Shown here piece after piece: positions 55,274 through 64,000 of a stretch of DNA of 64,000 nt (position 1 is its first letter; each line of letters starts with the position of its first letter). The position numbers and the translations under genes are program-made. The stretch lies in the IMG/VR virus record IMGVR_UViG_3300044846_005229, positions 1 to 64,000 of that record; one strand, 5' to 3'. The notes under the pieces were generated by a model. The model saw nothing but the letters and a program-made list of their open reading frames with translations. It did no database searches and was not told the origin of the DNA.

Positions 55274-56692
55274 TCATGTGACGGTGGGTAGTAGTTGACT
55301 GTAGCTAACTAAGATTGCACATAGGGTGTCGGACGGGGGCCCCAATGGAATCTGGGGGTCATCACATCTATTCAAAGTGCTTTGGATATTGGGATTGGAA
55401 GATTTCACTCTCCCTGAGTCTAGCATATGGGAGATAGCGTTTAATGTGGGTTGCCTCGGCTTGCTACCTACGCAAACCTCTAACCCCAAACCCCGTAGGT
55501 ACACAGTCCAAGCTGCACTTGCCATGGCGGATTCAAGTACAATTTCTTCCGCTCCGTATGCCTTAACTGCTAGACTTAGGATTACTCCGACAGTTTTCAA
55601 GTCCCAATTGCCTTCGTAAGTGTCAAGAACATACATGTAGTCTCTTCCCCTTGTAACCCCTGCGATGCAAATACCCGTTTTATCAATGTTGTCGGCACTG
55701 AAAGCAGGATCAACAGAAATAATTACTTTATCTAATGGAGGGATTTCTGGTGTCGGTGAGCATCCCTTATAGAGCCAGGAGAACTTTTCATCTCCTATGT
55801 TTCTTTTGAGGTCTTTCAAATTTTCGGGGGACTGGTATTGGTTGGCATTTCCTAAGGTTCCCCCAATGGGCCTGCCCAGAATGTCAGCCTCTGCCTCTTC
55901 TTTACTTTCAATAATTGCTGACAGATTAATGTGGACGGCTCCTTTTGGGTTTGATACGGGGTCAAAGACACCGAATTTATCTAAGAAGTAGCCGAAAATG
56001 TCTTCATCACCCCATCTTGACCCAAGAACAACAATGGCACTGTTTTGGTGGCGCCGGGTCATAATTTCCTCTTCTATCCAATCTTTATTCACTGTTATAT
56101 CCGAGGACTTGTGATAGTCATCGATCAACCAGACCCCAGGCACTTTAGAATCGGGATTGATGTTCCCATAAGCAAACCCACATACAGAGCCCCCAGGAGC
56201 AGACGGCACGACATGATAAGGATCCAGGTCAATTTTAGAAAAAATTTCCTCAAAAAGTGGATTATTAACCTCTTGCTTCACCCTATTTGCCGTCACCTTT
56301 GCAAGACTTTGGTTGTAAGAAGTTACGAAATTATTAGTATAAGGATCTTTCCCCAGGAGCCAAGACAGAAATAGGGAGCCCAATGTAGACTTCCCAGTAC
56401 GAGGAGGCATCGATACTAAGAGGATTGGGTACCTGCCTTCGGCAATGTCTTCAAAGGCGGACCCCAAGACTTCATAAGTTTCCCAGTTCAGCAGGGAGCC
56501 AAACTTTACTTGAGCGGAACGAGACAAATAGGCAGGAAAACTATATTGGGCGCACTCTTTAATGTAGTCATTAATTATTTCCTTAGTCGCGCCTCTCATT
56601 ACAAGTTCAAGAAGTCCCCTCCTATACTTTCTCCAGCTTGAATGTTCCGATAGCTGGGAAGAGTGTGTTATTTTTGGGTGTTTTGGTGTCAT
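55274..56692 (-). CDS. Terminase large subunit paralogue (shorter, possibly degenerate)
   Basis: SMPPRTGKS Walker A, WLIDD Walker B, GSRW motif III, ISVDPAFS nuclease Asp; terminal HDDxVD motif replaced by PSDTLCA. Confidence 0.75.
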   Translation of the reverse strand: MTPKHPKITHSSQLSEHSSWRKYRRGLLELVMRGATKEIINDYIKECAQYSFPAYLSRSAQVKFGSLLNWETYEVLGSAFEDIAEGRYPILLVSMPPRTGKSTLGSLFLSWLLGKDPYTNNFVTSYNQSLAKVTANRVKQEVNNPLFEEIFSKIDLDPYHVVPSAPGGSVCGFAYGNINPDSKVPGVWLIDDYHKSSDITVNKDWIEEEIMTRRHQNSAIVVLGSRWGDEDIFGYFLDKFGVFDPVSNPKGAVHINLSAIIESKEEAEADILGRPIGGTLGNANQYQSPENLKDLKRNIGDEKFSWLYKGCSPTPEIPPLDKVIISVDPAFSADNIDKTGICIAGVTRGRDYMYVLDTYEGNWDLKTVGVILSLAVKAYGAEEIVLESAMASAAWTVYLRGLGLEVCVGSKPRQPTLNAISHMLDSGRVKSSNPNIQSTLNRCDDPQIPLGPPSDTLCAILVSYSQLLPTVT

Positions 56693-56747
56693 TTTAGTTA
56701 AGATTTTGTTGGCTTGTGTTGGCTTGTGTTGATTTTTTTACCGGGGG

Positions 56748-58478
56748 TCAGAGCGATAACCCATAACCAGTGTCATCCCTGTTGAGGCGAGGTCTGGAAA
56801 AAGAGTCTGGACCGATAAAACCAGAACCAGAATCTAAATTATTGTAAAGTCCAGCCGAGGGTAAATTCCTCCCTACTCTACCAGTAGGTAAATTCGAATC
56901 ACCCAGGAATGGCCTTCTGTTTCCTCCGTTCCACCTCCTCGCTTGTATTATAGCATCTTGTACCCCACGGTCAACGGTGTCTAGCTTCATCGCATAGTAC
57001 GTCAGGGACCACACAAACGCATCCACCGAGTCATCGTGCTTAACGAAGGGGAATCCTGTTAGCTCCTTAATAAAACTATCCACCCATAACCCCTCAACGA
57101 GTTTAACCCTATCATTCTCTAGAAGTGGACAAACAGCTTCGAGTCTAACCGTTTTTGACCTAAGGGGTCTCATTTCTTCTACAGGTATTTTTGTTTCCCG
57201 TCTCAACATTTGTATCAAAGATTGGCCGGATGCTGCCTTTTCGATACAGATTACTTTTGGTTTGTAGAAGGAATGTAGTTGCTTAATAGATGCAATCAAA
57301 TCAGGGAAGCCCCATCTCCCTTTAACGATTTCCCTAATGTAAACAGTTCGGGGGTCCCTAGTTGAAATGCCAGCCACACAGACCGCAGTTTCGTCTGCAC
57401 CTTCTTTTTCAGAAAATGCACAGTCTACACCTAGCCATACTACATCTAGTGGTGGGCACTTTTCTTCTTCTATCCTAACTATCCACCCAGCCTTTACAAT
57501 TTGACCTTCTGCTGCAGTTGGAGTCCCTTGATAAAGGGCCGCAAATTTGGAACTGCCCATAGTTTTCTTTTGGGCTTCCAGCATATCAACCGAGAATGCC
57601 GGGTTATCAGGCCAATGGGACTCACCGATTTGCCTGCCTAAGGGGTCATCGACAGGGTCTTCACACAGGCCCGCAATATTCACCCATCTCCAACCTTCTG
57701 GGTTTTCTTCCTCATCATAGCTACCGTCCGATTCTAAAACCTGGCCATGCAAATCATTGGCATGAAACCTGGTCGCAATAATTAGACGGCAATAATTGTT
57801 AGTTTTACGTGTCGATGCCTCTTCTTGCCACCACGTTTGGAGACTCTCAAAAGCCCTGGCAGAAGCTGAGCTTTTCAGTGGGTCGTCGATTACCATGGCC
57901 CCCACACCTGGGCTAATAATGTTTACAGACCCTGCCGTATGGCCAGTCAACACACCACCGACAGAAGTAGGCAGGATGTATCCGCCACTAAGCATCTCAA
58001 ATTTAGAGTCCCTAGCAAAACCTTTCCAATCAGGGAAGATTTTCTTAAAGACAGGTGTCTTCAACATGCCGATAACTTCCTTATGGAACTTATTGGACAG
58101 TGATAAACCATAAGAGGCAATAACGTGTTGAGTTTCTTGATCTCTTCCTAGTAACCAAGCCACAAACATCGACGCCAGCATTGATTTACCAGATCGAGGG
58201 GGACAGGATACGATCAAGTTATGGTAGCGTTTATTTGCTAGATCCTCAAAACCACTGGCAATAATTTCATGGAAATCCGCGACTTTTAACGCACCACCCT
58301 TCATCAAGTCTGCAAAGGCCAGGAAACAATACCTGGAAGACTCAAACATGTAGTTCTGAATGACAGAGTTTGGTGCTTCTAAGACATTAAGATGATGTAA
58401 ACCCCTAATGTAATGGCGCCATGAGCTGTGTTCATCTAGTTGACTAGCGTGGTTTATTATCGGCCGTGGGAGTGTCAT
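56748..58478 (-). CDS. terL: Terminase large subunit
   Basis: SCPPRSGKS, MVIDDP, ATRFH, LGVDCAFS, IEKAASG, FPFVKHDDSVDA. Confidence 0.9.
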   Translation of the reverse strand: MTLPRPIINHASQLDEHSSWRHYIRGLHHLNVLEAPNSVIQNYMFESSRYCFLAFADLMKGGALKVADFHEIIASGFEDLANKRYHNLIVSCPPRSGKSMLASMFVAWLLGRDQETQHVIASYGLSLSNKFHKEVIGMLKTPVFKKIFPDWKGFARDSKFEMLSGGYILPTSVGGVLTGHTAGSVNIISPGVGAMVIDDPLKSSASARAFESLQTWWQEEASTRKTNNYCRLIIATRFHANDLHGQVLESDGSYDEEENPEGWRWVNIAGLCEDPVDDPLGRQIGESHWPDNPAFSVDMLEAQKKTMGSSKFAALYQGTPTAAEGQIVKAGWIVRIEEEKCPPLDVVWLGVDCAFSEKEGADETAVCVAGISTRDPRTVYIREIVKGRWGFPDLIASIKQLHSFYKPKVICIEKAASGQSLIQMLRRETKIPVEEMRPLRSKTVRLEAVCPLLENDRVKLVEGLWVDSFIKELTGFPFVKHDDSVDAFVWSLTYYAMKLDTVDRGVQDAIIQARRWNGGNRRPFLGDSNLPTGRVGRNLPSAGLYNNLDSGSGFIGPDSFSRPRLNRDDTGYGLSL

Positions 58479-58756
58479 ACTTGAGGTTTAAACTTCTTAA
58501 TGAGTTCAGCCGCAGTACCTATATACTCCTTAGTGAGTTCCTTCTCAGACTTACTTTCACCTTCTGTCAAAGCAGCCGTATCGGAAATGAAATCCCTATG
58601 GGCTTTAACGGAAAAGTTAAAAATTTTCACTAAATCGTCAGTACTACACTCCTCCAAAGAAGCCTGGATAATGGTCAAGGAGTCCTCAGCTACTTGTAAA
58701 GTCCTGAGAGCTAGCTTTTCCTTTTGACGTAGAATTTTTTCATTTTGATTCATCAT
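58475..58756 (-). CDS. Hypothetical helical protein, candidate terminase small subunit
   Basis: 93 aa, overlapping terL start; positional inference only. Confidence 0.35.
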   Translation of the reverse strand: MMNQNEKILRQKEKLALRTLQVAEDSLTIIQASLEECSTDDLVKIFNFSVKAHRDFISDTAALTEGESKSEKELTKEYIGTAAELIKKFKPQV

Positions 58757-58905
58757 CTGAATCTCCTATTACAACTTGAGCAACCCTGTGGTTTAGGGGT
58801 AGATTTGTAAGAGTGCAATCTTCTTAGCAGGGTTTCAGCTAGTTTGTTATCGCCGGATTTAACTGCCGTATGGTACTGAGCCCATAGGGATCTTGGAGTT
58901 TCCAT
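58753..58905 (-). CDS. Small protein (50 aa) with CxxC
   Basis: Hand-translated METPRSLWAQYH...GCSSCNRRFR; ATGA overlap. Confidence 0.45.
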   Translation of the reverse strand: METPRSLWAQYHTAVKSGDNKLAETLLRRLHSYKSTPKPQGCSSCNRRFR

Positions 58906-59008
58906 TTAACAATTAGCAAAGTTGACAAGGTGTAGAGTTTCCTGCCTGCACATCAGATTGGGAGTTGCCACTTGGATCCCATTTTTACGGAGGCAATCAT
59001 GGCAATCT

Positions 59009-60241
59009 TCAACACAGGGCCGTAGGTTCTGGCCCACCCTGGCAAACCCCACACCCAAGTTTCCACAGGGAATTCATGGAAGCAAGTTCAAATGTACCTT
59101 CTAGTAACCAACCTTTCCCTTGAGGGGATTGACCCACGAAGTAAAATCTTCCCTTAGGCGCTTGAATGAATATATCTGGTTTTACCCCAATTAATGAACC
59201 TCCCGCCAGGGTTTGGGTTTTTGCCTCTGGATTTAGGGGATCTGAGTAGAAAATTTGAAAAGCCCCTTTAACAACTGCAAATTCACCGGTATTCATACCT
59301 TGGAAGAAAATAGCCTCTTTGACAGAATCGGATGCAATGCCGCTATTGCCATCGGTTGCCCCTTCCAGTGTATTTCTCCATAATTCAACGGCATATCTAG
59401 CTAGTTTTTTCCCAGAATCTACATAGAAAACTTCCCTCAGTGGCTGCCTAGTTTGAGCGTCCCAAACGGTAACCACTAGGCGACCATCTTCGGTATAGCT
59501 ATTGTTACTAAGCAAGTAAATAGGTTGCCCCAGGGGGTCTTCTATGTATACTTCGCTAGGATCGCAGATAAAGACCCAGTCTCCACTTTGGGTTACTTCA
59601 TTACTCCATCTGATGCCAGATTGGTTGGAAAACTCATATTCTGACGGATTAGCGCCAGGGTACCATGGGACATAAATACTACCGGAAGCCTCGTCTACTA
59701 CTCCGCCTAGGGGTAATGTGGTAGCTACATTAAGTCCTGGGAACAACTGCCTGCAATCTCCCCTTTGGACACAAGGGTCTAATGCGACGTATGGGTAGAC
59801 TTCCTGGACTGTTACTGTATATAGTTGGGTGTATGTGTATTGAGATTGATTGGTTACTCCTGTAAATTGGGTCGATGCACAGTGGAACGGCTCAGTAACT
59901 TGTACGAAAGAGCCCGACGGCACCCCACCTGAAATTGTAATTTCTGAACCCATTAACAACTGGGTGGCAAAATCATGGCCAGAACTGGTTAGGTAATTTT
60001 GGCAGGAGAAATTCAATTCGAATTGCATCCTCTTATCGTAAATAAGGGGAATTTTATTTGTCACATTAGACGATGCCCCCACAAATCTAACCACAATGTT
60101 GTTAGTCTGATTAACCACACCCTCGTTATCCATGGCATCTGCCAGCCGTAGGACATTGACATTAAGTGGAATTAAAGGTGATGCTATCAAGGAGTCGCAT
60201 AAGTATTGCTCTATGCGGGTTATAGTAGAAAGTTCAGCCAT
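59009..60241 (-). CDS. Neck/tail-completion-type structural protein
   Basis: N-terminal region resembles tail-completion proteins; follows head-tail adaptor. Confidence 0.4.
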   Translation of the reverse strand: MAELSTITRIEQYLCDSLIASPLIPLNVNVLRLADAMDNEGVVNQTNNIVVRFVGASSNVTNKIPLIYDKRMQFELNFSCQNYLTSSGHDFATQLLMGSEITISGGVPSGSFVQVTEPFHCASTQFTGVTNQSQYTYTQLYTVTVQEVYPYVALDPCVQRGDCRQLFPGLNVATTLPLGGVVDEASGSIYVPWYPGANPSEYEFSNQSGIRWSNEVTQSGDWVFICDPSEVYIEDPLGQPIYLLSNNSYTEDGRLVVTVWDAQTRQPLREVFYVDSGKKLARYAVELWRNTLEGATDGNSGIASDSVKEAIFFQGMNTGEFAVVKGAFQIFYSDPLNPEAKTQTLAGGSLIGVKPDIFIQAPKGRFYFVGQSPQGKGWLLEGTFELASMNSLWKLGCGVCQGGPEPTALC

Positions 60242-60249
60242 TGTTTACC

Positions 60250-61329
60250 TCATGGGAATATTGTATTTGACCCGCCGATATCGTAACCACCCGCATCATT
60301 AGGTTGTATGACTTGTGGGGTGCCCCCTAGGTCTTCATAATTACTATCTGTTATCCAGTTGGAGTTGGTATTATTTTGTCCCGTGGCGCCATAACCCAAT
60401 CGGTAATCTGGGGATTGATCCCCGGCTGGGTCATTATTCCAACCACTCAGACCTTTCCCAGATACACCATTATACCTTTGTGGAATACGCCATGTCCGCA
60501 TTATGCCGCGTTTAGTATCAATAGCAGAGTCCCCGTGTCCTGCCCGAATAGCAGTCATTTGCCGTTCGGCATCTAGTTGCTTAAGGGCCTCTACATAATC
60601 ACTTTTGATGTCATCTCTTTTACGGACTGTATCAAGGTAGTATCTAGCAATAATTAATGCGGTCCTTCTGCGACTACTGGTAATTAGTACCTTGCCAGCC
60701 TTCCCAGACTGCTCAATGTAAGAGTCAATTAGAGAATTAGCGTCTTCGATTGCCATCCTAAGTTTGACTATGTTGACACTAGTTGCAGAAGCATCATCGA
60801 TATTTGTCAGTTGAACGGCTTCCTTAAGGCCGAAGGCTGTGATGAAATCATCCGGGGATGCGCTACGTGGGTCTGAGCGGTTGGGTGTTAAAACTCCTGA
60901 GCGATCCTGATAAGGGAAGCCATAGCCGCCGATGGTTTGCCCTAGGTTAGACCCTTTTTGGGTGCCGTCGGTCTTTTCGTCAGGGGCTAACGTATTTTTA
61001 ACCGCAAACCTATAAAAGGCCCTGACGGCATTCCTCTTTTTGATTACATCATTTGAACCCGGTGGTATGGGCCCCCTGAGGCATACATTTAGGTCTAGTG
61101 GTGGCTCATACGAAACAAAGACTTCATCCCAAGGGGACAATGCAGAATCTAACCCCAGTGAAATCATCGTATCTGAGGAATACACTATGGTGTTCACCCC
61201 GTATTGACCGAAGCATACTGTGAAGCTGGAGACGGGGACCGGTATGGTGATGTCTAATGGCCCATCAAAGAATAGGACGACATTATTTGGGGTCGTTAAA
61301 GTGGATTCCTTTAATTTGGGTATTGCCAT
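60250..61329 (-). CDS. Head-tail adaptor (Mu gp36/DUF1320-like) with N-terminal Ig/SwmB-like domain
   Basis: QLTNIDD...LRMAIEDANSLIDSYI...IIARYYL...YVEALKQL. Confidence 0.6.
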   Translation of the reverse strand: MAIPKLKESTLTTPNNVVLFFDGPLDITIPVPVSSFTVCFGQYGVNTIVYSSDTMISLGLDSALSPWDEVFVSYEPPLDLNVCLRGPIPPGSNDVIKKRNAVRAFYRFAVKNTLAPDEKTDGTQKGSNLGQTIGGYGFPYQDRSGVLTPNRSDPRSASPDDFITAFGLKEAVQLTNIDDASATSVNIVKLRMAIEDANSLIDSYIEQSGKAGKVLITSSRRRTALIIARYYLDTVRKRDDIKSDYVEALKQLDAERQMTAIRAGHGDSAIDTKRGIMRTWRIPQRYNGVSGKGLSGWNNDPAGDQSPDYRLGYGATGQNNTNSNWITDSNYEDLGGTPQVIQPNDAGGYDIGGSNTIFP

Positions 61330-61331
61330 GA

Positions 61332-61745
61332 TTATCTATGGATTAAGAAATCGTCAGGTTCATTGGTTACGGGGAAGAAATTCTCTGATACCCAAAATGG
61401 ATAGGCATCTCTATTGACTCTGACTAGGAAGCCTTTCCCCTCCGGGTACAAGCAATTGACCAATACCTGGGCAGCAAGTCTCAGGGGCCATTCATCTCTC
61501 CAGTTAATCTCCCAATGCTCTACTGTAATAAGATTACCCACAAGAGTGTAATCGATTCTGGACACAATATAGCCGCCCCCGAAATCAGGTGCAGGGTAGT
61601 CAAAAGTTTGCTGCAATGACTCATAGGGTTCTCCGTCATATTTACCGAGGATATATCTTCCTTGTTCTGAGCCATTTTCATAGTATAGAAAATCTTGAAA
61701 GGCAAATAGGTCTTGACGATAAATTGAAGGTCGGCGGATAGCCAT
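61332..61745 (-). CDS. Hypothetical protein
   Basis: 137 aa in structural operon. Confidence 0.55.
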   Translation of the reverse strand: MAIRRPSIYRQDLFAFQDFLYYENGSEQGRYILGKYDGEPYESLQQTFDYPAPDFGGGYIVSRIDYTLVGNLITVEHWEINWRDEWPLRLAAQVLVNCLYPEGKGFLVRVNRDAYPFWVSENFFPVTNEPDDFLIHR

Positions 61746-61747
61746 TG

Positions 61748-62149
61748 TTAAATCGCAGCGAGTACTGTGAATGTGCCATTCTGGGTTACAATTCTAGTCG
61801 GCCTAAACTCTATACCAGCGACAATCAGGCGGTCGGTATTTGTAATGTCATTTACCCTAAGGGTTTTTTCGCAGTTTACGGGTTGTTCGCAATTTACTGC
61901 CTTAAGAAAGTTAGTTTGGACCCCGACGCTGAACAAGTCCTTACTAAGCAAGCTATCACCTACAGAAAATGATACATCGGCAAATATGCTTCGAGACGCA
62001 TAGATTGAATCATAAACCGACAGATTATTAACTACACCAAGGGACTGATAAAAAACTGGAGCCAACGGGTTTGTGGCACTTTGGCCGAACCCTTGATAGA
62101 TTGGGAACCCTGGGTCATAATCAGCGTTGTAGTTACTTTCGAATGCCAT
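61748..62149 (-). CDS. Hypothetical structural protein
   Basis: 133 aa; TAATG coupling. Confidence 0.55.
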   Translation of the reverse strand: MAFESNYNADYDPGFPIYQGFGQSATNPLAPVFYQSLGVVNNLSVYDSIYASRSIFADVSFSVGDSLLSKDLFSVGVQTNFLKAVNCEQPVNCEKTLRVNDITNTDRLIVAGIEFRPTRIVTQNGTFTVLAAI

Positions 62150-63342
62150 TATTTAAAGGGATTTAGTGCGGAAGTCAAGGATGAGTAAACAGTGTTTATA
62201 GTACCTTGGGGATTTTGTAGCGTTTTTAGTATAAAATTAGTTTGAGGGGAATACGATTGTAGGGCCGCCAATGCAGTTGACTGAATAAATGTCGTGGGAT
62301 CTGATATGATGTTCCTTGCAGCCTCAGTGATAGAAAGGGCTTTTTGTGCTGTTTTTAAAGCGGTCTCCGCAAAGTTAATGCCAGGTATTGCCGGTAGGGT
62401 CGCTGGAATTTGTGGGGTCCATGCAGTAGTAAAAGAGCCTTTAATTTGGCCTTCTATGTACCCAGCATCCTTCCTCACAAAATCCATCGCAGCACCCATG
62501 TCTAGGAGCTTAGGGTCTTCGAAAGGGAATGGTTGTTTATCGCTCATCGGTGGGGGATTCCAATTAGCATCGACCCCAAATGGGTTACCAGTGGGCGCAG
62601 TCCCGAAAGCTGAGTATCTTTTGCACTGGCCATTGGATGTTGGAAAAGTACAATCACTTACCGTCCCGGCTTGAATGGGGTTTTGCCTATTTCCGGAAGA
62701 GTCTGGTGGCTGAATAGAGTCATTAGCCCCTGCGTGTCCATGTTGCAAGTCACAATGTCGTACCCAGATGTACTCGCCGTTTCTTTTCAGACAGACGCAT
62801 ACCCAGTCAGAACTCATGGGGCCATCTTCTTCTATGACAGAGCAACCACGGTTTTCCTTGCAAGGTGGGGGTAGACCCCCTGAGGGGTAAACTGGGAGGC
62901 GAGTCATGGAAGAGTTGTTAGGAATTGTCAACCCCCCTGCCGCTTGTTCTGTTAGGTTTTGTGGGTCGTAAAGGGTATCACTCAAGATGGCATAGTGGTA
63001 TTGGCCATTACTTAGTATGACATTTACTCTGGACCCTACCAAGTCCGGGGGCTGCTTACCGACAAATGCAGGAGAAGCGTCAATCCAATGTGAATATGAA
63101 TTTCCTTTACCGTCCCTTGGACCCGAAAATAAACCGGCCCCTTCAACCTCAGGTATATCATCCGGGTTCATAGCATCAAATAGTACCCTAACCCTACCGA
63201 GATTCTCAGGGTCATCGACATCGACTATTTTCCCCCTAACCATCCCCCTAGGTAAACCAGCATACTTAGCATTGGATTCTGCAAATAGCATCAACCTGGC
63301 TAAATTGTGAGTTAGCGGTATGCAACTGAGACTTTGTGCCAT
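62149..63342 (-). CDS. Baseplate spike/hub protein (gp5/VgrG OB-fold-like)
   Basis: GMVRGKIVDVDDPENLGRVRV OB-fold motif. Confidence 0.7.
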   Translation of the reverse strand: MAQSLSCIPLTHNLARLMLFAESNAKYAGLPRGMVRGKIVDVDDPENLGRVRVLFDAMNPDDIPEVEGAGLFSGPRDGKGNSYSHWIDASPAFVGKQPPDLVGSRVNVILSNGQYHYAILSDTLYDPQNLTEQAAGGLTIPNNSSMTRLPVYPSGGLPPPCKENRGCSVIEEDGPMSSDWVCVCLKRNGEYIWVRHCDLQHGHAGANDSIQPPDSSGNRQNPIQAGTVSDCTFPTSNGQCKRYSAFGTAPTGNPFGVDANWNPPPMSDKQPFPFEDPKLLDMGAAMDFVRKDAGYIEGQIKGSFTTAWTPQIPATLPAIPGINFAETALKTAQKALSITEAARNIISDPTTFIQSTALAALQSYSPQTNFILKTLQNPQGTINTVYSSLTSALNPFK

Positions 63343-63689
63343 TACTTATGCGCTGAGAATCTAGGGGTATTTCTAAGTTGGGTGCGCTTTGGCCGGGGTT
63401 TGACTATCTTTTGTTCCTCTTGTGCCACTTGTGCCACTTGTGTGTCACTAATCGGAAATTGAGTTAATTCATTTTTGTCTAACTCTGCAGTTTCCTCAGG
63501 CACTTTTGGTTTAGAGAGGGCTTTAAGAATTGGGCTTAGTTGCTTGGGGCTTACTTCCAAAATTGGTTCAGGGCTTTCGGGGGTAGCGGGGTTCCCAAGG
63601 TTCCCAAGGCCCTCAGCGCTATCGGAGGTAGCGGGGGTAGCGGGGGTTAAATCCTGAGTCTCATCCAAGTTTTTTCTTTTGGTGGTCAT
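63342..63689 (-). CDS. Hypothetical low-complexity protein
   Basis: 115 aa; GGGTAAA 24 nt upstream. Confidence 0.55.
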   Translation of the reverse strand: MTTKRKNLDETQDLTPATPATSDSAEGLGNLGNPATPESPEPILEVSPKQLSPILKALSKPKVPEETAELDKNELTQFPISDTQVAQVAQEEQKIVKPRPKRTQLRNTPRFSAHK

Positions 63690-63742
63690 AATAATTTGTT
63701 TGTATGATAGATTTTTACCCTGACTTTAGTGTTACCGGCCAA

Positions 63743-64000
63743 TTATGGACAGTCCGGACATGGGGTCAAATAGAGGGGGGTTCTTTGCGTACATTTTTTC
63801 CAAGACGCGGGATTAAATGGGTCGAAGAAAGTTTCATCAGCGGCCGACAAATCAGCAGCAAAATACGCATAGCCGACCTTATAGTGATTGGCGTCTACTC
63901 TGTAAGATTCTTCGTTTATGACACAAGTAGTAGGGATCTTATAGATACTGGAATCCCAAAGTGGGGCGTCTATACTTTCGATAATTGAATCCCCCAAGTC
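63743..64000 (-). CDS. 3' end of a gene entering from the right edge
   Basis: Frame open to window end; ends ...TPCPDCP. Confidence 0.45.
   Translation of the reverse strand, partial: DLGDSIIESIDAPLWDSSIYKIPTTCVINEESYRVDANHYKVGYAYFAADLSAADETFFDPFNPASWKKCTQRTPLYLTPCPDCP

Noticed and set aside
221-63988. Numerous plus-strand ORFs in the track
   Set aside because: Antisense shadows of long minus-strand genes with no recognisable motifs; only tnpA and 34906..35658 are supported.
1-64000. tRNA, rRNA or CRISPR arrays
   Set aside because: None recognised by eye; tRNAscan-SE and a CRISPR finder would be needed to exclude them formally.

Overview
A 64-kb segment of a large contractile-tailed (myovirus-like) cyanophage genome. 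Almost all genes lie on the minus strand. It holds tail/baseplate genes (tail fibres, tape measure with lysozyme domain, hub, spike, head-tail adaptor), two tandem terminase large-subunit paralogues, and nucleotide-metabolism and replication genes (nrdA-glutaredoxin fusion, nrdB, thyX, dCMP deaminase, mazG, two exonucleases, SF3 helicase). It also carries two phage sigma factors, cyanobacterial auxiliary genes (hli, speD, phoH, two NblA-like proteins), a GH19 endolysin, a GIY-YIG endonuclease and an IS200/IS605 element whose exact insertion site can be reconstructed. Main hidden structures: (1) the SF3 helicase gene is split by three ORF-less group IA2-type introns separated by 78-nt and 115-nt mini-exons, and splicing restores one 681-aa ORF; (2) four proteins share a Cys4 N-terminal module fused to three protein-kinase-like domains or a zincin protease, some next to paralogous ~55-60-aa partner genes; (3) a GGGTAAA motif sits 23-28 nt upstream of many starts and flips strand with gene orientation; (4) the terL gene is duplicated and one copy looks degenerate. 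All calls come from reading motifs by eye; no database searches were run.
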